A stretch of 64,000 nt of DNA, from IMG/VR virus record IMGVR_UViG_3300045988_136773. One strand, 5' to 3'. The position numbers and the translations under genes were made by a program. The notes beneath the pieces are model-generated. The model was not told where the DNA came from. It worked only from the letters and a program-made list of their open reading frames with translations, and searched no databases. The stretch is from a virus. Of this stretch, positions 33,712-43,972 are shown piece after piece (the first letter of the stretch is position 1; every line of letters begins with the position of its first letter).

Positions 33712-35928
33712 CAGCAAGAACCAAAATTGACCGCATTTGTCAGTCAGGACGAAAATATGATCCGGTCTTTTCAGGAGAACAAGGATATTTATAGTTTCAT
33801 TGCGTCTATCGCATTTAATATGAGCTATGAAGATTGCCTTGAATTCAATCCTACTACCGGAGCTTATCAACCAGAAGGAAAAGCAAGACGTTCAGAATCT
33901 AAAAGTGTGGTACTTGGAATTTTATATGGACGTTCTATTAACACGATTGCAGACCAGCTATATAGTCATATGGATTGGTCTGATGAGAAGAAATTAAAAC
34001 AAGCACAGTATGTGTACGACTCAGTTCTGAATGCGTTTCCTGCACTCCGGAAACTGATGATTAATGCACAGAGATGCGCAAAAGAAAAGGGGTATGTTGA
34101 AACCATCCTTGGAAGAAGGCGGCATATTCCAGAAATGCAACTTCCAGAATTTGAATTTAAACCTTTGAAGGGTTATGTGAATCCGGACATTGATCCACTT
34201 GATGCGTCTACTTTGGATGTAACAGATGACATTCCAGATAGAGTAAAAGTCGCATTATATCGTGAATTAAAGTCTTATAAGTATTTTGGACAAGTTGCAA
34301 AACGTATCAGAGCACTTGCCGAAGAAGATCATATCAAGGTTATTAATAATAACCGCAAAATTGCTGATGGATCGAGACAGTGTGTAAACTGTGTTGATAC
34401 TGAGACAGAGATACTGACAACTTCCGGTTGGAAACGATACAATCAAGTTTCTGTAGGAGATTCTATTTTGAGTTATTCTATGAATCTGAATTGCATCACA
34501 CATGATAAAGTACAAGCAGTGCATATTTACCCCGGTGAACATGAAGTATTTGAGTTTAAGTCAAACGCATTCTCTGCGGTTTCCACTCCAAATCACAGAT
34601 GGGTTTGTCAAGCTGGGAATAAGGGGGCAAAGTTTGTTACTACAGAACACATCATGAATATTAAATGGGTTGATCCACCTATATTGCGGATGAGCGATAA
34701 CAATATTCCAGAATCATCATATAGCGATGATTTTATAAAATTGATTGGCTGGATTGCAACTGATGGGACCATTTCATCTAAGCATTATTGTGTAAGATTG
34801 TATCAAGACACTAAACGTGCTAAAGGTGCAGGTGTTTATCAAGATATGATTTCTGTGTTGCACCGTTTAGGTATCAAGTATACTGATAATGTTAGAAATA
34901 ACACTTATCATGATATATATTTGTATAAATGTGATGTGACACTGGATGTTTTAAATTTGCTAGAAAACCGAACATTGAAATATGAGTTTGTTTCAAGTTT
35001 ATCTGAACGGCAAGCAAATATTTTAATTAGTGCTATGATTCAGGGTGATGGTTGGACGAGTGGTAGTCAAACTTGCTATACTTGCAATTCTGCTGAAAAA
35101 GCTGATATATTTCAGTATTTGTGTGTGATTGGGGGTCATGTATCTCATATGTATAAAATCGATCCTACTGAATCATCTATTCACTATGGGAATGTTTCCA
35201 ATCCATCAGGGTATATAAATACAAAAAATCCGTATTATCTTGTTTATATAAATAAACGTAAACGAGCTCATATATATCCAGATCATAAATCTGCATCAGT
35301 GGTTGATACCGTTTGGTGCGTTACAACTGGAAATGGTACTTGGATTGCTCGACGAAATGGTAGTGTGTATATCACAGGAAACTCAATTATTCAAGGAAGT
35401 GCTGCTGATTTAACAAAATTAGCCATGCTGAAAGTAGAGAATAACCCAGAATGGAATAAGATTGGTGGTAGAGTCCTTGTTCCAGTTCATGATGAGCTGA
35501 TTGCAGAAGTTCCTATCGACAAGTGGAAAGAGGGTGGAGAGATTTTGAGTAGTTCTATGTGCTCTGCTGCAAATTTCCTACCATTTTCCATCAAATGTGA
35601 TGTCACAACAACATATCGCTGGTATGGTCTGGAATATCCATGTCGCTATAAACAGCCATTCACTGTACACCCTACAGAGAAGGATGAAATCGCCTGGATT
35701 CAGTATCATCTATTTGAAGTTGGGTATGATCTTCCTGTGTATAAAACAGCAGATGGGGGAAAGCCTGAAGGTGATGAAGCCCTTGGGGTAAATGGTGTAT
35801 GGAGTGACACCGTAGAATCCGATATGTTAGACTATTGCAATCGTTATAATATTACAGAGGGTGAGTTCCTAGAACACATCCATACAAAAGTGCATACTGG
35901 ATATGCACCCGGTGAAAAACACGTATAA
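33712..35928 (+). CDS. polA: family A DNA polymerase, exon 2 (motifs A-end, B, C), including an in-frame intein
   Basis: QQEPKLTAFVSQDENMIRSFQENKDIY, SKSVVLGILYG (motif B), GYVETILGRRRH, IIQGSAADL and VPVHDEL (motif C) are all present. Confidence 0.85.
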   Translation, partial: QQEPKLTAFVSQDENMIRSFQENKDIYSFIASIAFNMSYEDCLEFNPTTGAYQPEGKARRSESKSVVLGILYGRSINTIADQLYSHMDWSDEKKLKQAQYVYDSVLNAFPALRKLMINAQRCAKEKGYVETILGRRRHIPEMQLPEFEFKPLKGYVNPDIDPLDASTLDVTDDIPDRVKVALYRELKSYKYFGQVAKRIRALAEEDHIKVINNNRKIADGSRQCVNCVDTETEILTTSGWKRYNQVSVGDSILSYSMNLNCITHDKVQAVHIYPGEHEVFEFKSNAFSAVSTPNHRWVCQAGNKGAKFVTTEHIMNIKWVDPPILRMSDNNIPESSYSDDFIKLIGWIATDGTISSKHYCVRLYQDTKRAKGAGVYQDMISVLHRLGIKYTDNVRNNTYHDIYLYKCDVTLDVLNLLENRTLKYEFVSSLSERQANILISAMIQGDGWTSGSQTCYTCNSAEKADIFQYLCVIGGHVSHMYKIDPTESSIHYGNVSNPSGYINTKNPYYLVYINKRKRAHIYPDHKSASVVDTVWCVTTGNGTWIARRNGSVYITGNSIIQGSAADLTKLAMLKVENNPEWNKIGGRVLVPVHDELIAEVPIDKWKEGGEILSSSMCSAANFLPFSIKCDVTTTYRWYGLEYPCRYKQPFTVHPTEKDEIAWIQYHLFEVGYDLPVYKTADGGKPEGDEALGVNGVWSDTVESDMLDYCNRYNITEGEFLEHIHTKVHTGYAPGEKHV
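34390..35382 (+). mobile_element. intein (331 aa) with LAGLIDADG homing-endonuclease domain
   Basis: It starts with Cys (CVDTETEILTTSGW), has block B TPNHRW, two LAGLIDADG-like motifs (LIGWIATDG and LISAMIQGDGW), and ends ..VYITGN followed by Ser (SIIQGSAADL). Confidence 0.8.
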
Positions 35929-35948
35929 CTTAGGAGGTTTGTTTTATC

Positions 35949-37052
35949 ATGAAGTTTTCCGTAAGTACAAAGCCACTGATTAGTGGTGTAAATCTGGCTA
36001 TTGTAGATGCCAATATCACAAGATACTATCCGAAAAGCAGTGTTGTATACATTTCAGCGTCCAATACAACACTGACAATTCATCACGATGGTGAATTTGT
36101 GTCTACCAGCATCAATTTTAAGGGATCTGGCGATGGTGCTGATTCATCTGTATATGTGGATGCAGCTTTATTCAAAAAGCTTGTAGGAACACTTTCTGGT
36201 TCAGATCGAGTTGTGTTTGAATTCACAGGAGACTGCCTTATTCTGCATAGCGGCAGTTCTAAGTATATGCTTCAAAAGGCAGCATCTACGATGGATTTCA
36301 TTCCGAATGTTATTTCAGAGATTACAAGTGCAGAACTTGATAAGGCAATTACTATTGATGTTTCTGACTGGAAAGCAATCAAATCTAGTCAGTTGTATGT
36401 GAAGTCTGACGCGTCCAGTAATGTACTTTATACACTTGTTTATGTTTCTTCTGATGGTGATGCACTTGTTTGCGATATGGATAACAGTCTGCTTACACAC
36501 AGTTCCATTTCTGGAATTGAAGAAACATGTATGATTCAGGATACAGTTGTAAATGTTCTGGCTAGCATTACATCTGGTGTACTTGTAAAGCGTGATGACA
36601 AATTTGTAGTGGCATCTATTACAGATGCGTATGAATGCCTTGCAAGTTTTGCACCAATTTATGAATCCGACGAAGTTGGCAGCTATAATGCTGATATGAT
36701 TATTGGTTTGATGCAGTCTAATAATGATACAAGCATGCTTGCAAAAACTGCTGATTTGAAAAAGGCAATGTCTCAGGCATCGATGCTTGCTCCAAGAGGT
36801 TACACAATCAATTGTGATTTCACTGGGGAGTACATCGATTTTAAGACACCTACTATGGAATGTAAGATTCCTGTTGTAAATGGTCCAGTGAATTCATACA
36901 CACTGAAGTTTAATCCAGACTTGTTTGGTAAAGTGGTATCTCACCTTCCAAGTGATGATGTTACAATCCGACCTACATATAATGGAGATGAAATTGTTGG
37001 AATTACCTGCGAGTGTGATTATCTCACAGTTGTTCTTGGAGCGTGTGAGTGA
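35949..37052 (+). CDS. DNA polymerase sliding clamp (DnaN-like)
   Basis: 367 aa, beta-clamp size. The N-terminus MKFSVSTKPLISGVNLA.. resembles DnaN. It is adjacent to clamp-loader genes. Confidence 0.55.
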   Translation: MKFSVSTKPLISGVNLAIVDANITRYYPKSSVVYISASNTTLTIHHDGEFVSTSINFKGSGDGADSSVYVDAALFKKLVGTLSGSDRVVFEFTGDCLILHSGSSKYMLQKAASTMDFIPNVISEITSAELDKAITIDVSDWKAIKSSQLYVKSDASSNVLYTLVYVSSDGDALVCDMDNSLLTHSSISGIEETCMIQDTVVNVLASITSGVLVKRDDKFVVASITDAYECLASFAPIYESDEVGSYNADMIIGLMQSNNDTSMLAKTADLKKAMSQASMLAPRGYTINCDFTGEYIDFKTPTMECKIPVVNGPVNSYTLKFNPDLFGKVVSHLPSDDVTIRPTYNGDEIVGITCECDYLTVVLGACE

Positions 37053-37825
37053 TGGGCTTTAAGACCGCTAACATGGCGGCGGTTGTCCGATTTAATTCTG
37101 CCAATAGCAGCAACTTTTTGGATGCTTACGAGATGTATCTGCATGACACTGTACAGAGCAGTCTTAATAGACCTAAATCGAGGACATTTGCACCGTCCAG
37201 CTTTCGATGTGCTAGGAAGAATTGGTTTCGGTTGCGTGGAACAACTCCTGATGTTGTTCAGGTTCCAGATTTAAGCCTACAGCACACAGCAGAGGTTGGA
37301 ACTGCTAGACATACTGCAATTCAATCAAAGTTATCTAAAATGCTTGGACAAGACTGGATTGATGTAGAAACATATCTTTCTGGCATTCCAGATTATCCAT
37401 ATGACTACACCATTCAAAAAGCTGGATTTGAATCTAGAATATCTATTCAATATCCACCGATTAAATTTGCGTGTGATGGTATTGTTCGGTGGAACAACAA
37501 ACTATATCTTCTGGAGATCAAAACTTCAGAGTATAATAGTTGGGAAGAATTGACAGATCCAAAATCAGTGCATATGGATCAGGTGATGTGCTATAGTACA
37601 TTACTACAACTTCCAGATGTCTTAATGCTTTATGAAGATAGACAATATGGTGGTATGAAATGCTACGAAGAACATTTCAGCATTGATGATATGATACATG
37701 TGAAAAACAAATTTGATTATATCATGGAGATGGTTGACCACAATCTAGCTCCAGAGAAACTACCGCATGCTGATTATATGTGTAGAAATTGCGAGTATCA
37801 AAAGAAATGCACAGAGTGGGGGTGA
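37052..37825 (+). CDS. Cas4/RecB-family PD-(D/E)xK exonuclease with a 4-Cys cluster
   Basis: N-terminal Cys (FRCARKNWF), D..ExK (CDGIVRW..LYLLEIKTS), QxxxY (DQVMCY) and C-terminal CRNCEYQKKC are all present. Confidence 0.7.
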   Translation: MGFKTANMAAVVRFNSANSSNFLDAYEMYLHDTVQSSLNRPKSRTFAPSSFRCARKNWFRLRGTTPDVVQVPDLSLQHTAEVGTARHTAIQSKLSKMLGQDWIDVETYLSGIPDYPYDYTIQKAGFESRISIQYPPIKFACDGIVRWNNKLYLLEIKTSEYNSWEELTDPKSVHMDQVMCYSTLLQLPDVLMLYEDRQYGGMKCYEEHFSIDDMIHVKNKFDYIMEMVDHNLAPEKLPHADYMCRNCEYQKKCTEWG

Positions 37826-37829
37826 TACT

Positions 37830-38861
37830 TTGTCATTAGCAAATAAATATAGACCTACATCATGGGATGATGTTGTAGCACAGCCATTTGTTGTGGATAT
37901 GCTAAGAAACATATGCTGTCATGAATTATCAAACAGAAACTTTCTGTTGATAGGTCCTGCTGGTACAGGTAAAACTACTATGGCTCGTATTATCGCATCA
38001 TCATTGAATGGCGAAGATGGTAATGTCATTGAACTGGATGCTGCGTCAAATAATGGTGTTGATATCATTCGAGACCTTATTCAACAAGCAAAGTTGTACC
38101 CAGTAGGGCAAAAGTACAAGGTGTTCATTATAGATGAATGCCATTCATTGACAAATTCAAGTTGGCAAGCACTTCTCAAAACCATTGAGGATGTACCAGC
38201 CATGAGCATTTTTATTTTTTGTACAACAAATCCGGAAAAAATTCCGGAAACTATATTGTCACGAGTTCAGACATTTCAGCTATCAAAATTAAGCGTAACT
38301 GAAATTAAGGATCGTCTTGAATATGTTATCTCCAGAGAAAATTCAGATTCTTCTAATATCACATATACAGAGGATGCAATTTCCTATATTGCAAAACTTG
38401 CAAATGGTGGTATGCGAGACGCACTTACGCTCCTTGATAAAGCATTGACTTACAGCAATAATATTACATCAGAATCTTTGTCTATTGCTTTAGGGCTTCC
38501 AGACTATGATGATTATTTTGCCTTGCTGAGCGCTATTACAAAGCATGATAATGCAAAGATAACATCAATGATTAATCATGTCTATAATAGCGGCAAGAAT
38601 TTTGTAAAGTGGTTTGAATCATTTCATTCATTTGTTATGAACATTGTAAAATATGTGTTCATGCAAGATATTGATGCTACGATGATACCATCTCACTATG
38701 CTGATAAAATATCTTTGTATACAACTGCTCATGCATCAGTATGTTTGAAGCTCTCAAACATCCTTATTAAGATGCTTCGAGAACTTAGAACTACTTCATA
38801 TCAGCAGGAAATTGCATTAACATTTCTCTGTATGCCACCAAGGAAGAAGGCGAGTGGATGA
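37830..38861 (+). CDS. dnaX: clamp loader ATPase (DNA polymerase III gamma/tau-like)
   Basis: TTG at 37830 follows GGGGGTGA. Motifs KYRPTSWDDVVAQ, GPAGTGKTT, FIIDECHSL and SRVQTFQL are present. Confidence 0.8.
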   Translation: MSLANKYRPTSWDDVVAQPFVVDMLRNICCHELSNRNFLLIGPAGTGKTTMARIIASSLNGEDGNVIELDAASNNGVDIIRDLIQQAKLYPVGQKYKVFIIDECHSLTNSSWQALLKTIEDVPAMSIFIFCTTNPEKIPETILSRVQTFQLSKLSVTEIKDRLEYVISRENSDSSNITYTEDAISYIAKLANGGMRDALTLLDKALTYSNNITSESLSIALGLPDYDDYFALLSAITKHDNAKITSMINHVYNSGKNFVKWFESFHSFVMNIVKYVFMQDIDATMIPSHYADKISLYTTAHASVCLKLSNILIKMLRELRTTSYQQEIALTFLCMPPRKKASG

Positions 38862-39397
38862 TTGATTTAAATTCTGTGATGTCTGAGAACACTAAGGATA
38901 TTGAATCAGTTGTGTCATGGTGTAGTGAGATTTATGATGAGAAATTCGCTGAATATTTTTTAAATGCACGAGTTTTATTTGAACGTGTGCAATCAAAAAC
39001 ACATCCGATTACAGACGATGAACTTAGCCAGATTTTAATTGATTTACCAATGAAACTGTTTGATGTTTCAGAGGTTTTGAATCAGTTTCGGCTCAGTTAT
39101 GAGGTTGTAAAGCTTAGAAATAAGCAAAAAGAATCGGATTTGATAAAATCATCATCTGAAACTACTGCACCAAAACGAAAATCTGACGCAGAGTTACAAA
39201 TGATTCCTGATAAGTTGCTTGTAACTGCATTTGATTCTGTGATTACACGAGTAGAGAATGAAATTTCATTCTGTCGTGAGTTGATTATGAGTTCAAAGAA
39301 GATTTGGGATGCAAGACGAAAGACAGAACAAGTGAATCCAATAAGTGAAGTGTCAGATCTTCCAGACTATAATGTAAAGTCCTATATCAAGGGGTGA
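38858..39397 (+). CDS. hypothetical protein
   Basis: ORF track. ATGA overlap with dnaX. Confidence 0.5.
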   Translation: MIDLNSVMSENTKDIESVVSWCSEIYDEKFAEYFLNARVLFERVQSKTHPITDDELSQILIDLPMKLFDVSEVLNQFRLSYEVVKLRNKQKESDLIKSSSETTAPKRKSDAELQMIPDKLLVTAFDSVITRVENEISFCRELIMSSKKIWDARRKTEQVNPISEVSDLPDYNVKSYIKG

Positions 39398-39402
39398 TTT
39401 TC

Positions 39403-40596
39403 ATGACATTTGATGACATTATCAACAAAAAGAAAAAAGAGTGGAATTGTAGTGACTTGATGAATACTGCTAACATTACACATGGTGAAAAATTACCGTT
39501 TTCATCACCATTAATGAACTGGTGTACATATGGTGGTATTCCTCGTGATAAAATTACTGAGTTTTTTGGTGAATTTAGTGGTGGAAAAACTACCACTGCT
39601 GTTGATATTTGCAAAAATGCAATTGAGATATTCAAACAAGAATATATGGAGCATATTGAGCTATTAAGTTCTAGAATTACATCTGGAGATAAGTCTGCTC
39701 GCTCTGAATTGGAAGATTTTGAATGTGTTGGACCTAAAAAAGTGACATATATTGATTTAGAGCATACGTTTGATCTTGATTGGTCTGAAAAATTAGGTAT
39801 TGCACATACTGATATCAAACTTATGCAACCACCTGATGTTCCGGCAGAGGATATACTTCAAACTATAGAGGATTTGATTTGTACTGGTGAAATTGGACTT
39901 CTTGTACTGGATTCTATTCCATCTTTGGTTACAGGAAAAGAACTTGAAAAGAAATATGGAGAGCGAACTGTAGCTCCTTTGGCCGGATTACTAACCATAT
40001 TCTTTAGAAAAATTGTTCCTAAACTATCAAGATATCATTGTACACTGCTTACAATTAATCAAATTCGAGATAACCTTGATAATCCATATGTAGTGAATAC
40101 ACCTGGTGGTAAAGCCGCAAAATTTTACGCTGGTCTGCGAGTTCAGTTCCGAATCGGAGCTCCTGTCGATTTTCTTGGAAATGAACTTCCTACAAAAACT
40201 GAGAATCCAGCAGGATATATTATCAATGCTAAAATTGTTAAGCAGAAAACTGCACCTTATGACCGAAAGCAGGGAAGTTACTTTTTGATGTGCCAGTCTG
40301 GTATTCGGCCAGACTTCGACTATGCTTCACTTGCAATTAAGCGGTATGGAGTTATCCATAAAGCGGGTGCATGGTTCACAATTTGTGATCCATACACTGG
40401 AGAGGTGCTAGAAACTGCTGATGGTAAACCGATTAAGCTGAATGGATTATCTAAGGTGTATGAGTATCTGGCAACCAATACTGAATACTACGAGCGATTA
40501 AAGAAGTTCATTACAGATGACATCAATGGAATCACTACAGATGCAGGAACGGAGGATGAAAATGGATCAGAATCCAACCAAACACTACAGCTGTAA
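39403..40596 (+). CDS. recA: RecA-family recombinase
   Basis: GGIPRDKITEFFGEFSGGKTTTAVD (Walker A) and LLVLDSIPSL (Walker B) are present. ATG at 39403 follows AGGGGTGA. Confidence 0.75.
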   Translation: MTFDDIINKKKKEWNCSDLMNTANITHGEKLPFSSPLMNWCTYGGIPRDKITEFFGEFSGGKTTTAVDICKNAIEIFKQEYMEHIELLSSRITSGDKSARSELEDFECVGPKKVTYIDLEHTFDLDWSEKLGIAHTDIKLMQPPDVPAEDILQTIEDLICTGEIGLLVLDSIPSLVTGKELEKKYGERTVAPLAGLLTIFFRKIVPKLSRYHCTLLTINQIRDNLDNPYVVNTPGGKAAKFYAGLRVQFRIGAPVDFLGNELPTKTENPAGYIINAKIVKQKTAPYDRKQGSYFLMCQSGIRPDFDYASLAIKRYGVIHKAGAWFTICDPYTGEVLETADGKPIKLNGLSKVYEYLATNTEYYERLKKFITDDINGITTDAGTEDENGSESNQTLQL

Positions 40597-41065
40597 ACAG
40601 GAGCATATGATCGCCGAATATTTAGGATGGGATGTTGTACCTGGTAGCGGTGCCAGAGATTTTCATCCAGGCGATATTCGGTCTGACTGCCATTTAGGTG
40701 AGTGCAAAACGCATACAAAGACTGTGAATGACATCAAATTTTACAGCCGCGTTTGGAATAAGATTCAACATGAGGCTGAATCTGAAATGCGTTGCCCCAT
40801 TTTATTTGCCGATAATGGAACCCAGAAAATTGAAAATACATGGTGTATGCTGCCAAAACGATGCGTGAATATACTTACATTGGAGTGTGTTCATAACCCA
40901 GATATTAAGTGCAATAAATCTGGAATTGTCATTAAACACAAGTATATGAAGGACACATTGCATTATTCATATGCTATTATTGTTTCAGACTTTCCAGATG
41001 TATCATATCCGGTTATGATTGTGTCACTTCCGACATTTAAAGGTATTTTGGATGGTGATCTGTAA
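40562..41065 (+). CDS. putative PD-(D/E)xK nuclease (possible junction resolvase)
   Basis: GDIRSDCHLGECKTH is a D..ExK-like motif. ATG at 40562 follows GGAGG. It follows recA. Confidence 0.35.
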   Translation: MDQNPTKHYSCKQEHMIAEYLGWDVVPGSGARDFHPGDIRSDCHLGECKTHTKTVNDIKFYSRVWNKIQHEAESEMRCPILFADNGTQKIENTWCMLPKRCVNILTLECVHNPDIKCNKSGIVIKHKYMKDTLHYSYAIIVSDFPDVSYPVMIVSLPTFKGILDGDL

Positions 41066-41979
41066 TGCTGATTCAGGATGCAGGAAAGCAAATACTATCA
41101 AAAAATCCTGGAAAGATCTATATCTTCTGCGGCGATGACTATGGAATCAAGCATAAATATATTCGTATATTGAAGTCAATATATAAAGTTTCTATAGAGT
41201 GTGATACTGTCGAGGACGTAATCAAACGTTCTAAGACTAAATCGCTCTTACCAGAACCTCAGAAACTGTATATTGTTCGATATGATGATGGTTTTTTGAA
41301 TTCACTGAATGATGATTCTATAGCTGAACTATCGAATGTAAGTATCAATGGTACGCTTGTATGTATATATCAAAGTGACAAAGCGACTGCAAAGTGTATG
41401 AAATATCTTTCTGACTTTGCAGTTGAAATCAATCGTGTAAACAAAAATCTTGTGTATAAGTACATTTTGTCAGATTATCCAGATTTACCAGAATCAATTT
41501 TGCAGATAGTTGCTACATATACATATGATTATAGTACTGCATATCATGTATGTGCATGTATATCAAAATGTTCTATGATATCACAGTTTGATAGTGATAA
41601 TATTCAGCAAATTTTTCATTGTCAAAATGAAACAGATGACTTAGAGCTTCGTACTGCAATTGCATCTCGAAACTTTCGATACATCATGCAGCTAATTGAT
41701 ACATATCCGGGTGACTTGAATCAGGTGTTTTATATGATGCTGAGTACAATGCTTGAATTGGACAAACTTCATAAAAACAAGTTCTATAAATCACCTTATC
41801 GAAAATATGTTGACCGTTGGACTGATCTAGACATATATAATATGTTTACTAGCGTGTACTACAAATTATCTGATTTGCGGACTGACAATATCAATGTATA
41901 TGATACACTTGTGTATTTGATAGTGTTGACACAGTTTGAACACATTCCAGATTCCAATTTATTTTCTTGCGAGGTATAA
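41065..41979 (+). CDS. possible clamp-loader delta subunit (HolA-like)
   Basis: The size (304 aa) and position among clamp-loader genes fit. No strong motif was recognised. Confidence 0.3.
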   Translation: MLIQDAGKQILSKNPGKIYIFCGDDYGIKHKYIRILKSIYKVSIECDTVEDVIKRSKTKSLLPEPQKLYIVRYDDGFLNSLNDDSIAELSNVSINGTLVCIYQSDKATAKCMKYLSDFAVEINRVNKNLVYKYILSDYPDLPESILQIVATYTYDYSTAYHVCACISKCSMISQFDSDNIQQIFHCQNETDDLELRTAIASRNFRYIMQLIDTYPGDLNQVFYMMLSTMLELDKLHKNKFYKSPYRKYVDRWTDLDIYNMFTSVYYKLSDLRTDNINVYDTLVYLIVLTQFEHIPDSNLFSCEV

Positions 41980-41980
41980 T

Positions 41981-43111
41981 ATGAATAAGAAAACTTTAAG
42001 CGAAATTCGGAGACATTTCTCTGAAGATGATGACCTGTTTACATTAAATACTGTGACTACGGCGTTTATCGATAGCGAGCATGCAGTTCGGTGCGTGAAT
42101 ACCAAAAGTGCATATACACTATCTGAACCGGAGTACTCCTGTATCATTAAGGCATTGAAGAGATCAATCAGAGGGTCCATTGGTAAGAATCTGCATGAGT
42201 ATCCATTTTTAGATCCTGTAAAAGATTCTGATCCTGTTGTAACCAACATTCGGTCACTTGTAAACACTAAACTGCTGGATACAGACGCTGTATCTGAGTT
42301 TCTTTCAAACGTAGCAGAAAACGGTATGCTGATGTCAACTTATGCAGTTCTGATTGGTCATTGTACATACACAGTGTTCCATAAGCATAAAGATGATACC
42401 GAAAACGAATCAGATTATTCAGATTTCAATTTTATTGTTACTGCATTTTGTCCCGTAGAACTTCGAGAAGATGGTCTGATTTATAATGAGTCTGATAACA
42501 CAATTGAAAAGAAAAATGCTTATGACAGAATTGTATCTCAGACACCTACAGACGGTTTCATGTATCCTGTGTTTACAGATCGAAGCGCAGACGTAAATCA
42601 TATTATCTATATGACAAGTAAGCCATCTGAGATCAATACGAATCTTGTAAGTCAAGTATTGCATTGTAAGTGCGGAATCCCATATGTGATGCAGAGATCT
42701 ATTTTCAGCGAAATGCTTGATAATATACTTGATGAGCATTTGACTTATTCTGTATGGCTTGATGTTGTAAATCGTATTAATGTTCTTGCAGCTGAGCATG
42801 AACATGATTCATCCCCATTTGTGCTTGACGCGTTTACAATGAAGTCTATTTTATCAGAATTAAATATGCCACAGACTATTATTGACCGTGTGGATGAATT
42901 ATTTGAATGTTATTGCGTATCTGACAATATTTTAGTGTCAAATCTTACAGACAAGAAACTTGCAATTAAGACAGGTAGAGCTGATATTGCATTGAGCATG
43001 GGTAATTGCGATACGCTTCATACATATCACAAAGACGGTAGAAAATATATTTTGATCGATGTTGATGGTGCAGAAATCAATGTCAACGGTCAAGTTGTAG
43101 ATATCAGGTGA
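41981..43111 (+). CDS. hypothetical protein (DUF4317-like N-terminus MNKKTLSEIRRHF)
   Basis: ATG at 41981 follows GAGGT. Family assignment is from memory only. Confidence 0.35.
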   Translation: MNKKTLSEIRRHFSEDDDLFTLNTVTTAFIDSEHAVRCVNTKSAYTLSEPEYSCIIKALKRSIRGSIGKNLHEYPFLDPVKDSDPVVTNIRSLVNTKLLDTDAVSEFLSNVAENGMLMSTYAVLIGHCTYTVFHKHKDDTENESDYSDFNFIVTAFCPVELREDGLIYNESDNTIEKKNAYDRIVSQTPTDGFMYPVFTDRSADVNHIIYMTSKPSEINTNLVSQVLHCKCGIPYVMQRSIFSEMLDNILDEHLTYSVWLDVVNRINVLAAEHEHDSSPFVLDAFTMKSILSELNMPQTIIDRVDELFECYCVSDNILVSNLTDKKLAIKTGRADIALSMGNCDTLHTYHKDGRKYILIDVDGAEINVNGQVVDIR

Positions 43112-43116
43112 TAACT

Positions 43117-43887
43117 ATGGTACTATCCTGCCAATCTGCTGTACTGAGCCAATTGCAAACTTATGCAGACTCTAACATTCACAGCATTTTGATATGCAGC
43201 CCATATAGCTGCGGAAAGACCTATATGGCAAAGCAATATTCTAATATGATTCACACAGACGATTTCAAGGTAGTTCAACCTAAAATGTCTGAGGTAAAGG
43301 AAACTGTAGATTATTGCAGACAACTAGCAACTAGTATTACTATATGTTTTGAGAACATAGATGCTGGAGTGATAGGTGTTTCAAATGCGGTTTTGAAGCT
43401 GTTAGAGGAACCTCCTAAAAATGTATATATCATAGTGACTTGTAAAAATGTATCAAATGTACTACCAACTATCATAAGCAGATGTATGGTCACAGAGTGT
43501 ACAGCACCAACAACAAATGATGTCAAGATTTATGCAGATAGTATAGACTTTGACATTCGTAGTTGTTCATCAATTCGAGGGTGCTTGCATGACTTTCGTG
43601 ATGTTGATATAGCGTCGAAATTTACACAAGTTCAACTAGATCATTTTTCAGACATTATGAATTGTATGTATTCTAGTGATTCTGTATCTACTAAGATGTG
43701 GAAGATGCAAAAGTTTCCGGATGGGACTCAGATACCGATTGATTTTCTGCTAAACTATATCGTAACTACGGTATCAAATCCAACAATAAAACGGATTGGG
43801 TACAACTGCATACGAGATTTAGCATCTGGAAAAATCCCTTCGCATGTTATACTTGCAAAATTTTTGTTTGATATTTCTATGATTTAA
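43117..43887 (+). CDS. clamp-loader delta' subunit (HolB-like)
   Basis: SPYSCGKTYMAK, LKLLEEPPKNVYIIVTC and LPTIISRC match the delta' pattern. Confidence 0.65.
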   Translation: MVLSCQSAVLSQLQTYADSNIHSILICSPYSCGKTYMAKQYSNMIHTDDFKVVQPKMSEVKETVDYCRQLATSITICFENIDAGVIGVSNAVLKLLEEPPKNVYIIVTCKNVSNVLPTIISRCMVTECTAPTTNDVKIYADSIDFDIRSCSSIRGCLHDFRDVDIASKFTQVQLDHFSDIMNCMYSSDSVSTKMWKMQKFPDGTQIPIDFLLNYIVTTVSNPTIKRIGYNCIRDLASGKIPSHVILAKFLFDISMI

Positions 43888-43892
43888 CCATT

Positions 43893-43922
43893 GTGGGTAT
43901 CCGTTTGGATACTCACTTTTTT
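43893..43922 (+). terminator. rho-independent terminator closing the replication block
   Basis: A 10-bp stem (gtgggtatcc / ggatactcac, with one G:U pair), a 4-nt loop and a T6 run. Confidence 0.7.
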
Positions 43923-43925
43923 CGT

Positions 43926-43940
43926 AACCTTATATAGCAT
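43926..43940 (+). promoter_or_regulatory. conserved phage motif AACCTTATATAGCAT (copy 3)
   Basis: Lies immediately after the terminator, 32 nt upstream of the ATG at 43973. Confidence 0.45.
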
Positions 43941-43972
43941 AGATGTATTAATTCTTTCGAGGAGGGACAACT

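Noticed and set aside
33573-33794. A 73-aa ORF inside the polymerase gap, a possible intron-encoded homing endonuclease.
   Set aside because: It is too short, shows no LAGLIDADG, GIY-YIG or HNH motif, has no RBS, and runs across the inferred 3' splice site into exon 2 in a different frame.
37830-38861. A programmed -1 frameshift in the dnaX-like clamp-loader gene, as in E. coli gamma/tau.
   Set aside because: I saw no A AAA AAG-type heptamer with a downstream structure inside the gene. The nearest A-run (around 38232) is A AAA AAT, with no obvious alternative-frame stop pattern.
39387-39818. A 143-aa minus-strand ORF antisense to the recA-like gene. Similar antisense ORFs lie inside the fibre, TerL, portal, sheath and tape measure genes.
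   Set aside because: All sit fully inside strongly supported plus-strand genes, lack RBSs and have low-complexity products.
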